NCBI GenBank assembly: GCA_036172245.1
Contig: JAYWIR010000038.1
Span: 1,364,001 to 1,428,000 of the forward strand
Length of the DNA stretch: 64,000 bases
Reading direction: 5' to 3'
Origin: Raillietiella orientalis
Taxonomy: Eukaryota
A program made the position numbers and the translations under genes. Below are positions 11,675-22,900 of the stretch, one piece after another. The notes below the pieces were generated by a model. That model was not told where the DNA came from, ran no database searches, and saw only the letters and a list, made by a program, of their open reading frames with translations. Each line of letters begins with the position of its first letter. Position 1 is the first letter of the stretch.

Positions 11675-14532
11675 TCAGCTGCCGCCCCGACCTCCGCAGG
11701 GATGGCCACGTGCGTTCCGCGGGAGGGAAGGGCAGATAAGGAGGAGCAGGAACGGAGGGGGTGGAGGAACAGCCTCTCCTCCGGAGCAGGTCAGGCCGCC
11801 GTAGGAAGGTGGATAAAGCGAAAACCTGTGGCAGCATCTGCCCGCCATTCCGCAACCATCCCTTTCCCTTCATCTTCCTCCCTCCTTTCCTTCTCTTCCT
11901 CCTCTTTTTTTCCCACCTCCTCCTCCTCTTTGTCCTTTCTTCGCATTTGGTGGGCGGCTGCCCCCTTGGGCATGCCTGCTTGGCGCCCGCATCCTCGGGC
12001 CGTCCACAGCGACAGGGAGGATCGGCTGCTGCCGCCTTCCCGCATCCGCCAGAGGCGCCGCCGAGCAGGTCCGCCAATTTCAGCTGCGCGCCGTCCATTG
12101 CCCCTTCCCTCCTTTCCATGGGAGGCGCGCGAGAGAAGCGACCGGCGGACCGGACCGGAGAAAGAGCGAAGAGACGAGAAGGGGAAGCCGACCGGAGTCT
12201 GCGGGATCATCTTTATCCCTTCTTCATATGCGGTCGTTCGCTCTGCCCCTGGATCGCTTTCGCGGTGGCCACAACGCGCTTCCTTCCATCCCCTGGGCTC
12301 CTCCTAGCCTCTTCATCGGACCGGGTCGCACCCTACTGCGTCCCCTGCCATGATGGGTCTCGAGCAGCCACTTCATGAAAGTGCGGAGGTTTCTCCCGGC
12401 CCAGAAAAGTGCCCGCCTGGTGCCCTGAGAGGTTGGCTCTCTCTTTCGGGTCAGCGGCAGCGAGCGTGCCGCGTTACCAGCGGCTTTGAAGGTCGCCTCG
12501 CAGGGAGGGACCATCGACGAAGGGTGAAACTTGGACCCCCTCCTCCTCCTCCCCCACGGAACGTGCCCGCGCCGGCTTTCCGTCGAAATGTTCCCTCGGA
12601 GCCATCCCATTTTCCTGACTCCCTCTTCCCGCCGATATCTCCGCGTTTAAGATAGAGAGAGAGAGAGAGAGGATGGGGAGGGAGCAAGGAAGAAGAGCGC
12701 TTCTTCCTCCTCTCTCTTACTCTCCCCCTTCCACCTCGCTGCTCTCAACGAGCCGATCCGCCCGCAGATTTTCGCCGCAGCTGCTCTTCCCTCCCGACGT
12801 GTCTTCCCAGCCGCACATGCCGTCGTCAACGGCAACCGTCAACAGCCAATTACCGCGCGCCTTTCGTCTCGAGAAGTTTCGAGGAGACGAGGAAGGCCCC
12901 AGCGCGCGCGAGAGAGACGAGGCGGCTGCGGCTGCGCCTGGGATGGGGGGGGGGGGGAAGAGGCTCGGCCGCTATTTCCCTCCCGCCTTTCGTCTTCAGC
13001 CGCCGCGGCTCCCCGGGCATCCTTGGTGTCGTCTGCCGCGGCCGAGTTTTCGCCGCCGGTGCACGTGCGCGCGCAGCTTCCCTCCTTCCCGCCCACTTGA
13101 ACGCCCGCTCGCGCTGTGCGCGCGTCCCCGCACGTGCCGGCCGCGCGCGTGCGTGCGGAAAGCGAACGCGCTCCTCCGCGAGCTCAGGGTGTGCACTCGA
13201 CGCGTGCTCGCACCTCGAGGATCGCTGAGCGGGCGCGTCGCACGCCCTCCAACGCTGGCGCGCGCGTGCTGCACGAGCCTCCCGGAAGCGGGCAGCACTC
13301 GCGCGGAGAGCTCGCACGTGCGTAGGAGCACGTGTGCAGAGAATGCAAGGAGGAGGGAGCACCACCGCCCGCGGTGACGCGTGCCATACGACAGTGACGA
13401 TGGCGGTGGCGACGACGACGAGCGCGACAGAGGTGCGAGGACGCAAAAAGAAAAAAAAAAGATGCGGCGCTCTCGCGCACACGCGGTCACCTGCTGGCCA
13501 CGGAACGAACGAGTGCCAGGAGCACGAGCACGTCACCCGCACGCACACATTGGCGCGGGCGAGCAGGAGCTGCTCGTGCCCAAGCAGCCGCCAAGAGCAA
13601 GGCCACACTGCCGGCGCGACCCAGGGCGGGAACACGCTCTCGAGACGAGAAGGCTCCCCCGTTCTTCCGAGAGCCGCTCCCCTTTCTGAGGGACTTTTCT
13701 CGAATTGACTCCTTCAAGCTACGAACAGAAGCCCTCGGGAATCCATGCGTCCTTGGAGAGTCCAGGAGACTCAGCCCTGGGTGACTGTCCCGGCAGAGGA
13801 CAAGCGATTTCTAGTTCCCCTTCCTTCCTCCCCCCCTTCCCCTCTCTCCCGCGCGCTGAGCGCCGGCCGCACACCTGGCGGGCCTCTGCAAGATGTATGA
13901 GAGCTGCTCGCTGCGAGCCGAGGACGGCACCGCGCCAGGGAGTTCCCTGCTGCGCCGCTGCACGGGTGTGTCGCCAAGGCAGCCTTCGTCGAGCAGCCAC
14001 GCCGCTCGTCCGAATCAGCTCGCGGGCGCCTCCACACCTTCCCAGGGACTCCTCCTGGAGCTGCGAGAGACACTTTGCGTCTCAGACGTAGGGAACGCAC
14101 CAACCAAGGAGTGCGCTCTCCCGCCCCTTGAGGGAAAAGGAGGCTCCTCTAGCTTCCCCCCCCCCCGCCCCTTGATCTCAGGAACTTCTTCCTCCCCCGC
14201 GGTCCGCCTCGTCTGCAGCATGGAAGAGCAGGAGTTTCGCGGAACGGGAAGCTGGAGATGGCGAGACACGCGAGGATATTCCTGAGTTCTTCCCCGATCA
14301 TCCCCCCCCATTCCTCCCTCCTCCTCTCTTCCAAGGAAGGGAAAAAGGGAGGAGGAAGACGAAGGGAAGATGATGGCGGAATGGCGGGAAAATGCTGTGG
14401 CGACCCGCCCTACTTCGGAGGGGAGGCTGCTCACCTCCTCTGTTCCTGTTCCTCCTTGTCTGCCCTTCCCTTCAGCGGAGTGCACGTGGCCACCCCGGCG
14501 GCGATCGCAGCGAAGGTCGGGGCAGCAGCTGA
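11675..14532. repeat. Pair of ~200-bp inverted repeats (11675-11885 and 14348-14532)
   Basis: The reverse complement of GGCCACGTGCGTTCCGCGGGAGGGAAGGGCAGATAAGGAGGAGCAGGAAC (11704) matches GTTCCTGTTCCTCCTTGTCTGCCCTTCCCTTCAGCGGAGTGCACGTGGCC (14442). CCCGCCATTCCGC pairs with GCGGAATGGCGGG. Confidence 0.75.
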
Positions 14533-15129
14533 AAGTCCGAGGCATTCACGGGGCCGATGACTCCAGCCTGCATCCGCCTTCTTCCCGAGGGGGTTGCAGA
14601 GAACCACCGCTGCTGCCTGCAGTCACATACTAAGAAATCCATGGCGTGCGCTGTGTCGCTTCGTTCAGAGAAGAGCCGGAGTCCCTGAGCACCACCTGGG
14701 CATACTCCGTGGACCCTTCACTGCTTGTCTTCTTCTGGTGCGCTTCCCTGTCTTGCATCCGGCGACCGTCCGCTCCTGGCCGGAGAACGCGATCGCACGG
14801 CAACCACTTTCGCGGTTCTGGGAACGGTGGTCTCCCGAAATCTTGCCTGGACGAGCTTGGAAGGGAAACTCCATGCTCGAAGAGAGCCCCATCATGGAAC
14901 GCAGTCTGGGGGCACGTCGTGTTTCAGGGGGAGCCCCAGATCCAGGAACCAGGGCGGAAGGAAAGCTATCAGGAACGTCTGCTGATGTTGCGCGTCTCTT
15001 CAGGAAGAGCATGAAAGGGAAGGTAAAAAGGGATTTTTTTTCCCGAAGAACTCTTCTCGAAGAGCGATCGTAGCACCTAAGGCTTCCACACGGAACGGGA
15101 ACCGAAAAAGAGGAGCGGATGAATTGACC

Positions 15130-16024
15130 CTCAGCGGTCCGGAGAATGCCGGCAGGTTCTATTGGGTCCTCTACAACCTCGGCCACTTTTCCCTCCTTGT
15201 GGTCTGCGAAGGACCGGAGGGAAGAGTTGCCGGAAGAAAAGAAGCGGTTTACTTCTTCCCTGATCTCCTTCACCCTCATCCCTCTGATCTGACCCCCAGG
15301 TCCTCGTGATCCGGAGTGAGACGATGACTGCATCTGGATGGACCAGAGTGATCCTCCCTCTGGTGACCCCCTGGACCCAGTCTGTCTCCTGACCAGGACG
15401 AGGCACCTTCGCGAACACGTTGAGATTTCGCCGAGCATCCCGTTCCCTACCTCCTGGTTTTCCGAGGTGAACTGCCGCGGGGACCGTCCGGCGGAGGCGA
15501 TTCGCAGAAGTGGCACTCCCCCACGCCCATCTACTCTAATCCATAATCCCCGCCTTGCTTTCTTCCTGGATTAATGGCTTCCAGCTTTCTTCCAAGCTAT
15601 CGGGTTCTGGCGGGACTGTCCACAGGATTAAACGTGATACAGGCGAAACAATGCGGCACAGAATTGCCACCCAGCAAGACAAGAAGCGAAGCGCAGTTTC
15701 CAGCATTGGGACAGCTGATCCCCTTTCACCCTTCATCGTGATGTCGCTCTCCCGTGCTCGCACAGAGAAGGGGCGAAAGTTTCTTCGGGTTTTCGGACCC
15801 ATCCTCACCACTCCTCGGATCCGTTTTCCTGCGGACCTCCGGCTCCCCTTCATGTTTCTCCACTCTTCTACCTCCCGTTTCTCTGGGGTCCTTCCCGGTT
15901 CTTCAGAAAAAGGGCCCTCTCTCCACCTGTTTCTTAGCTTTGGAAACTCTTCGTCACGATTACCTCCCGACAAATCAGCATCTTCTGCGGAAGCACGGTG
16001 GCTCCCGTGCTGAGTCTTCGACAA
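15130..16024 (-). mobile_element. Decayed BEL/Pao pol relic (RNase H and integrase C-terminal remnants)
   Basis: AVPMLETA...LILWT...WKPLIQEE (cf. TIPRLELxA...WTDS...WKxFVxNR) and RGRITLVHPDAVIVSLRITRT (cf. GRIxxVHPGxDGxVRxVxVRT). Confidence 0.5.
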
Positions 16025-18182
16025 CCTCCATGCAAGTCGCAGAGCTTCGATTCTCAGCCAATCTATTCCAGAAAGCGAGCCCTCGATGATGGGGAAAATA
16101 AGTGGCGGTTCCTCCTGGTTTGCCGCCGAGCCTTGGCGAAGGGAGACGCGGAACCAGCCCGTCTATCCCTTGGTCAATCAGGAGACCGTGCTTCTGGCGT
16201 CTTCCCGACCCGTTTCCTCGGTTCTCCCCTTCTCCTCGAGTTCGAATTGAGTGCAAACGAGGACACGATTGCAGCTAGAGGATTGAATAATTACACCAGA
16301 ATTGCACAGCCTTCGAAATGCAAACTGATAAGAACGTTGAATTTCTTTTCTTTCATCCACATGGTCTCCAGGCTTACTACCTCCAGGTTACGCGCTAGCA
16401 CGTTAAATTTAATGCCATCCTTCTTTTACCCTAGATGTTCCTTTGTGCATCCATCAACAGTAAATTGCCGGAACTTTCATTTACCCTCAGGATCACGTCA
16501 TTTCTTTCTTCTTTTTTCCCTTTCAGCTCTGCCATTAAAAAAAATTGTGCAGCAAAGTGGCGTTCAGAAGTGATGGCATATCTAAAAATAAAACTTCGAA
16601 ACTTCGGAATGCTGTAAACAGAGAGGACGAATTCTGCTTCCTTGGAAAGGGAGAACCACTGAGTGGGCATAGGTGGATGTGAGCATACTAACGTGTATGT
16701 AGATTTACGCTTAACAAAGAGCGGAAATGTAGGCAGTGCTGTAGAATGGCCCCCTGTAGCGGCGCCATGCATTCGGGTGCCATGGCTCTCAGGAAGTCGT
16801 TCGAAAATAAAGGACTTTAAGCTGCGTTGGATGCTGCACTTTGTGTCAACATGCAAAATATCTCTGCACTAAGTGTAGACACTCTGCACCCTTCCAATAT
16901 TTGATACACGGATTGCGCAAAATGGCAAATGCTCCTCGGTCATTTTTCCTTTCTCCAAGGAAAAAAAAAAAAAAAAAATGCACTTCCTCCGCGATTTTTT
17001 TTTTTTTTTTTTAACTTCTGTGCAGCATAAACCTGAAACCCCCCCCTCCCCCCAAAGTACTCAAGGGATTCGCTTCCTCGCTCGAGAATGCACGCAATCA
17101 CCAGCAGCACTTAAAATTAAATTAAATTAAATTAGATTAGCTTGAATTAAAAAAAAGAAAAAAGAAAAAAAGAGGAAAAACCATTCTTCCCTGCACTAAT
17201 GACACTTTTCAAGAGAGTTCCGGGGATGAAGTTTCTCGAAATGCTTCGGCTACTGAAGCAACATAATTACCTCCGAGCAGAAGACCCAACACACACAAAA
17301 AAGACAAAAACACACACACACACACAGAGAAAGAAAGAACTTCACAAGCGGAGGGAAAAAACGCACACATTAAAAATTGATCGCTCGGAGAGGCGAGCGG
17401 CAAATTTTCCGCTCGGCTGCATTGTTGAGCAGGGCCTAGGGGACGCGCGCGCGCGCTCCCGCCGGCTCCGCTTTCGGAGTTGCCAGACTCGATTTCCGAA
17501 ACGAGAAATTCGCAAACGTGACACCTCATCTCGGGTTCCCGATGTTACCGGAAGATTTTCCGATAAAGTTTTTTTTAGTCCATTTTTCCCATCGGATTCC
17601 CGGCTGCAGCAGGACGAGAAGAGGAATGCGCTGAAAAAAGGCGAAAAGCTCCGGCTGGAAATATCCTGTTGCTTCTGCCACGCCGTTCAGTTTCCGAAAA
17701 GTGTCCGCAGGAGATGCCTGCGAGATTTCTGGCAAGGTGAATCCTTGCCATATGGAACTTATAAAAAAGCATTGATGAGATAAAGTCATTTGAAGATAAA
17801 ATCGCCCGCATGATGCGAAATTATTATGCTGCCTCTTTGGACGCATCTTTTCCATCTTTTGTCTTTGCTTTCTCTTCATCAGAGTGACGATGCTCTTGCA
17901 GAGTACGAAAATTCGGATTCGAAAGGGTCGAGGAAGGGTAAAAAGGAATCCGGTAATTCCGCAAAAAGTGCGATAGGGTAACATGACCTCTCGATTGCAA
18001 GTTCAAAAGCATTCCTGCGCGTCCGCGGCGCAGGGAGAGAGACGCAGGTACTTTCCTCTCCCCTTTTCTCGCTCTCGGCCAACCGAGGTTCCCCCTGGAC
18101 ACGAAAAGCCGAATCGCCCGTATGGAAAATGGGCTCCTCCACGTATCGGGGAAACACTAGCTCGAGGCATTCGGATGGAAAG

Positions 18183-18292
18183 CGCGTGCTTTGACGACTG
18201 CCAGTATGCGACATGCAGGTGACACGCGAAAAGATAACAGGAGCCGATCGGTGAGCGGTCGCCCCAGGCAGATGTGCCACGCGACCCACCTG
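18183..18292 (+). promoter_or_regulatory. Proximal cluster of proneural E-boxes, Hairy/E(spl) class-C sites and a GATA site
   Basis: CGCGTG 18183, GCAGGTG 18215, CACGCG 18223, AGATAA 18232, CAGATG 18269, GCCACGCGAC 18276, CACCTG 18287. All lie within 110 bp just upstream of the ASH core promoter. Confidence 0.6.
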
Positions 18293-18360
18293 AGGAGGAG
18301 CCACTAAGTATCGTTTGAATCTAAGGAGGAGCTATTTGAAGAGCGAGACCGGCCCTGAAA

Positions 18361-18397
18361 ACATAAACACACGCCGTCTCACCGCCCTCTCTCAGTC
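18361..18397 (+). promoter_or_regulatory. Core promoter: TATA-like CATAAA and initiator TCAGTC (predicted +1 near 18394)
   Basis: CATAAA at 18362-18367 lies ~30 nt upstream of TCAGTC (18392-18397; arthropod Inr TCAKTY). The predicted +1 is 46 nt before the ATG. Confidence 0.6.
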
Positions 18398-18439
18398 TTG
18401 CAGCGGTTTGGAAGCAGTCCGGCTCTCTCTCCTCGGACC

Positions 18440-19090
18440 ATGAGTTATCCGGCGCTCTGCCTCTCCAAGTCGGATGCATGCAAGAACCTTCCACCTGCCC
18501 AGGACTGTCAGAAGCAGCAGAAGAGGCACCCGGATTTCCAGAGGAGCTCCTCGGCGAAGCCCGCCTCCGTCGCGAGGAGGAACGCAAGGGAGAGAAACCG
18601 CGTGAAGCAAGTTAACAACGGGTTCATGGTGCTCAAGCAGCACCTTCCTTCGGGAGCGAGGCACAGGAAGATGAGCAAAGTGGAGACCCTCAGGAAGGCG
18701 GTGGACTACATCAGGACCCTCCAGGACCTGCTGGGCTGCTGCCAGAAGGATCCGTCGCTGGAATGCGAGATCGACACGGAGAGCGACGGCTCCAGCGTTC
18801 TGTCCGAACGATCCGCCTGCGACGACGCGTACTCGTCGCTCCCGGACTACCACCACCACCACCACCACCAGGCGCCCTACTGGCTCGAGCCACCACCGGC
18901 CAGCGACAGATCCCCTTATCCTGCGTACTGCTGCCTGTCGAATCCGGAAGTTTGCCACAGTTACGGCGAATGCCCGAGGCGCGCAGCGGCGTACTTCCCG
19001 GAGTACGGCCAGGACAGTAAGAATTCTTCTGCCTACGGCAGCGCCGACGAGGAACTCCTGGACGCAATCATGTGCTGGCAGCGATCGTGA
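18440..19090 (+). CDS. ash: Achaete-scute family proneural bHLH transcription factor (ASH type), single exon, 216 aa
   Basis: b[31 protein letters not shown]...[22 protein letters not shown] and C-terminal [13 protein letters not shown] (cf. PDDEELLDYISWWQ). First ATG is in ACCATG context at 18440; the track start at 18398 is a TTG. Confidence 0.96.
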   Translation: MSYPALCLSKSDACKNLPPAQDCQKQQKRHPDFQRSSSAKPASVARRNARERNRVKQVNNGFMVLKQHLPSGARHRKMSKVETLRKAVDYIRTLQDLLGCCQKDPSLECEIDTESDGSSVLSERSACDDAYSSLPDYHHHHHHQAPYWLEPPPASDRSPYPAYCCLSNPEVCHSYGECPRRAAAYFPEYGQDSKNSSAYGSADEELLDAIMCWQRS

Positions 19091-19853
19091 CCCGCCCCCT
19101 GACCGTGCTGCAAAAATCCTTCCCCGAAGGAACACCGGCGGACTTCCAGGTAAGGAAAGCACTTGTGGACGGGGAATCCCTTGCGTGACTCTCTGGGACG
19201 GGCTCGCGGGGTCCGCAACCCTCTCTTCCCTGGATCCCCTTCCTTCACGTCCCGAACCTGTTGCCTTCCTGCGCGAGGCCGTTTCCCCTCTTTGGGCGGA
19301 ATTTTTCTTGCACTCTGCGTGTCGGTTGCCGACGTCCGGCAGGGCGCGGGGTTGCTGGCGTCAGAGCAGCGCCCCCCGATGAACCTTTGAGATTCCTCAC
19401 CTCCTCCGCTTCTCGAGAGCTTGGTCGCCGCTGATTCGCAGCTCCTCGCGAAGGAAACTCGAAGCCGTCGTTCCTATTTCCCCCCACCCCCCGTGCGACC
19501 GCGACCTGCCTGTTTGAACCTTCCTTTTTTTTTTTTTTCCACCCTTTTCCATCTGGGTGCCGCTTGGGCATCGCGCGTACACCCGGTGCGTGGTGCTTGC
19601 TCCGTCGAGGGTGCACCACCGCTCCGAGGACGAAGTTCGTCTCCGTTTCCACCCTACGTGAGGACCCACTTCTCGCTTCTGAATCCGCCAAGTAGGGGTT
19701 CGGTCTGCCCCCCGTGTAGTAGAAAGAACCCCCGTTCCCCGTGCCTGCGCGGGGCATCCGCGCCTACCCAACCTTCCTTTGCAGTGATTCTGAAAAACCT
19801 CTCTTTTTTAGATCTTATGGATGGATTTCTGTCCAAAAGTCATCCCGAGTGAC

Positions 19854-19921
19854 ATATTTATTTGAAAGAGACATAATTTTTATAGGAAGTGATATACGAA
19901 GAAGCTGTTTCAATGAATAAA
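19854..19921 (+). terminator. Likely 3' end of the ash mRNA: AU-rich element and polyadenylation signal
   Basis: TATTTATTT at ~19855-19863 and AATAAA at 19916-19921, followed by T-rich sequence, at the transition from GC-rich to AT-rich DNA. Confidence 0.5.
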
Positions 19922-22900
19922 GATGCTGTGAACAACTTTATACTTTTTCAAGAAAAATGCCTTTCATTTCAAACTACCAGTTACTCTTGATTCGAGAACC
20001 TGCTTCTTAGTGACAGAGAACTAATGGTCAGTCATACCGGGAACCCATTTATTTCCAGTCTGTGGCACTTAAAAATTCATAAATCATCTGTGCATTTGCG
20101 ATAAAAGTGGAAATCTGCCTAAAATATTACAGTATTTCATAGCAGGCCTTTTTTTTCTAAAAAAAAAAAAAAAACCAAACAGAGAAAACAGTCTTCTATA
20201 TAACCAATATTTCACAACTCGGTGTTACCACTTTTAAACGGGCGAATATTTTAATCAGGTGCGTCACCAAAAGTGAAAGGGCAAAGGCAGCATCCGAGAC
20301 CGAAATTTCGTGCAAGTGCGAATCACACCGATGGAGCCTCGCCGGGCAAGAAGGAGGAGACCCGAATTCTCAGTCTCGTGCAAAAAGGTGTTTGGGGATG
20401 TCTTTTCGGTTTGGCTACCAGGAACTGAAAGTCCCGCTGCTGCCCGCCTGGTCCAGCCAGTGGGTTCAGATGGCGGATAAGGCACGCAGCAGTTTTATGG
20501 GGTAGTTAACTGCTTGCAACAAACTTGCGCAGCATAACATGGGAGACGATGAAAGAGTACAATATGAGCATAACTAACAACTGCGTGTGCGTGTGCGTGT
20601 CGATAGATACACAGATAGACAGGCAGGCGTAACTGACATGGCACAACAGGTCCAGCAGTGAATTCTTTCCAATGCTCCGAAGCACACCTGTCCGTAGCTG
20701 CAGGATGTTAAGGAAGCGAGAAGTCTCCACATTTCATCGAATCAAACCGAAGATCTCCCGTGTTCGTTGTGAAACGTCATCGTCAGAGGCACTCTGGATT
20801 TCAGGACGCGAAAGGAGGGTCGCGTTGGGTTCCCAGAGGTTTTTTTTTTTTTTCTTCTTTCATCCGAAGAAGCGAGCCGTGGCTTTTTGCACGGAGCGTC
20901 CTGCGGATGCTGGGGACGGAATCGAGTTTCCGAGGCTCCGTGCTTCCATCTCTTGGGAGGATTTCCAACCTCGGCAGATTTCCGCGGTAGTTCGCATGCA
21001 CCACCGGTTCGAGATTCGGTTGCATTTCGTCGCCGATACTTTACGAGACTTTTGTCTGCGGTACACCAGAATCCCGCGTTGCGACTGGGAACCTCAGCGA
21101 AAAGCAAATACGTGCCGGAGGCAGGAACCGAAAGCTCAGTTCCATCTTATCCATGCAGTAGGTGCCGTAGAGATGTTGCCGCTTGGTGCACGAGATTGAT
21201 TTATTTAGCCGGATGAACACTCGCACTTACGCGTACACTGTCACCTTGTACACATGAAACACTCGACTTACCAACGATAAGATTTCTTAGGATGAAATCT
21301 TCAAGATAAGATTTCTCCAGCGAACGATAAACTCCAAAAGCTACAATTAGTTCTAGCTGTGCTGAGCTGATGGCAGATGAAGATAAGTTCCATGAACATC
21401 AGCTAAGATGACGCAGAATCTGCGTTTCCCGGAAAAAAAAAAAAAAAAAAGAAAAGAAAGGAAAGAAAGAAATGAAACGACAAAATTGTGCTTCAAGGCC
21501 GCCACGCGTCCGTGGCAGCCGGGAACCCTTGGCCCGGCGGTTTGGTTCGGTTCCCTTTTTCAGCCGCGCTTCGCTAGCGGAAGCTTTCGCTTCCAGAGTC
21601 ACCCGACATTCCCGACTGCACTCCTGTTTCTGCTCCTGACCCTGCGGTTTGTGGTCCTCCCTCTTAGCTTGCGTCCACACCTCCTGTGTTCCTCATTCGA
21701 GTGACTCATGCAATGCACCTGAACCAAATTTTCCGACCTGCATCCCTGAGGATCCAAAGACTGGATGCTGGATCAAGTTCCGCAGTCTCCGAAGGATGAG
21801 CTCACGGCAGCGGCGCGCACGCGCGCGCCCCCTGTCCGGTCGTCTCCTGACTCTTTGCAGCGTTTTCGTGAGGATTTTCCACGGTGGTCCTGACACCTTT
21901 AGTGCGGTTTCAGGCAAGGTGGAGGGCAGCCCTCCCCAATCATCCACAGCAAGACGCCGGAGTGCAGGTGAGGAGGGTTGTTCAATGATCGAGCATGCCG
22001 GCGGCAACCACTTCTGCGGATTTTTTTGTGTTTTTTGTTGTTCTTTTTCCTCCGCTCGTGTGGTTCGAACAGCCTGAAGGGTGCACGTCGAACTTTTCGA
22101 GGACGGATACCTTCTTCGGGATGGAGCTTTAAGTGTCCCTTCAAGTGCCACGGCGGAGAAAGAGCGAGAGGCGGCCCCGCGACCTCGGCTCCCACACTAG
22201 AGAGCCATCGATTTCACTCACCGGACGGTCGCCACCTTCGCTCCGGCCTCCCCGGCTCCCGCCTTGTTCGCCATGAAGCCGCCTCGGGCGTCGTCCCGGC
22301 CAAGTGACGCAGCACCTGCAGGGAGCGCGCGAGCCCTCCGAACAGGCGGCCGCCGAGGGGAAGAAGGGACGCGCGGAAGCCTCTGGACATCGGGTCGGGT
22401 CAACCCCGGGGGGCGCTCCCTACCTTCGTCCTAGTACAAGGTCCCCCGGAGAGGATCGCCGACCATCGATGGCTAGGGAGGCGGCCGTCTTGCAACGAAA
22501 CGGAGCGGAGAAAAGACGGCTGGGTGGAGCGGGAGAAGGAAGAAGAGGAAAAGTCTCCATCTGCCCCAATTATCGTGCGAAAATTTCTTTCTCTGGCCCC
22601 ACCTGCTGACCGAACAATGGCCCGACCAGCTTTCGAAAACACGCGCGGACGGCCCTCGGGACCCCTGGCGGAAACAACCGCCATCCGGCGCCCCCTTGCA
22701 CCCGGAACACCTTGCTTCGTTAGCGGCCGCGCGGGGGCGCGAAAGACTCCTCCATTAGCGCCTAATGAAGCCGTTCCTGCTTTCGCGTGAGCCCGCGGGA
22801 CTCTGGCGGAATTTCTGGAACGGAAAGTTCCCTCGACTGCGCTCTGGGATCCCGTGCGGATCCGAATCGCCATCCCCCAGGGACTTCCAGACGGACCCCG

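Noticed and set aside
540..14560. Many long overlapping ORFs (e.g. 984-2417, 477 aa)
   Set aside because: Rich in R/P/G/S/A, open in several frames at once and without domains; expected by chance in GC-rich DNA.
16745..16770. CTCF-like word (another near 48800)
   Set aside because: Imperfect single matches are common in GC-rich DNA.
16960..17330. Poly-A/T runs, (TTAAA)n and (CA)n tracts
   Set aside because: Ordinary microsatellites.
18392..19162. 256-aa antisense ORF over ash
   Set aside because: Shadow of the codon bias of the sense gene.
20478..20487. TAAGGCACGC matching the start of miR-124
   Set aside because: Only 10 nt match, and no hairpin or star arm was seen.
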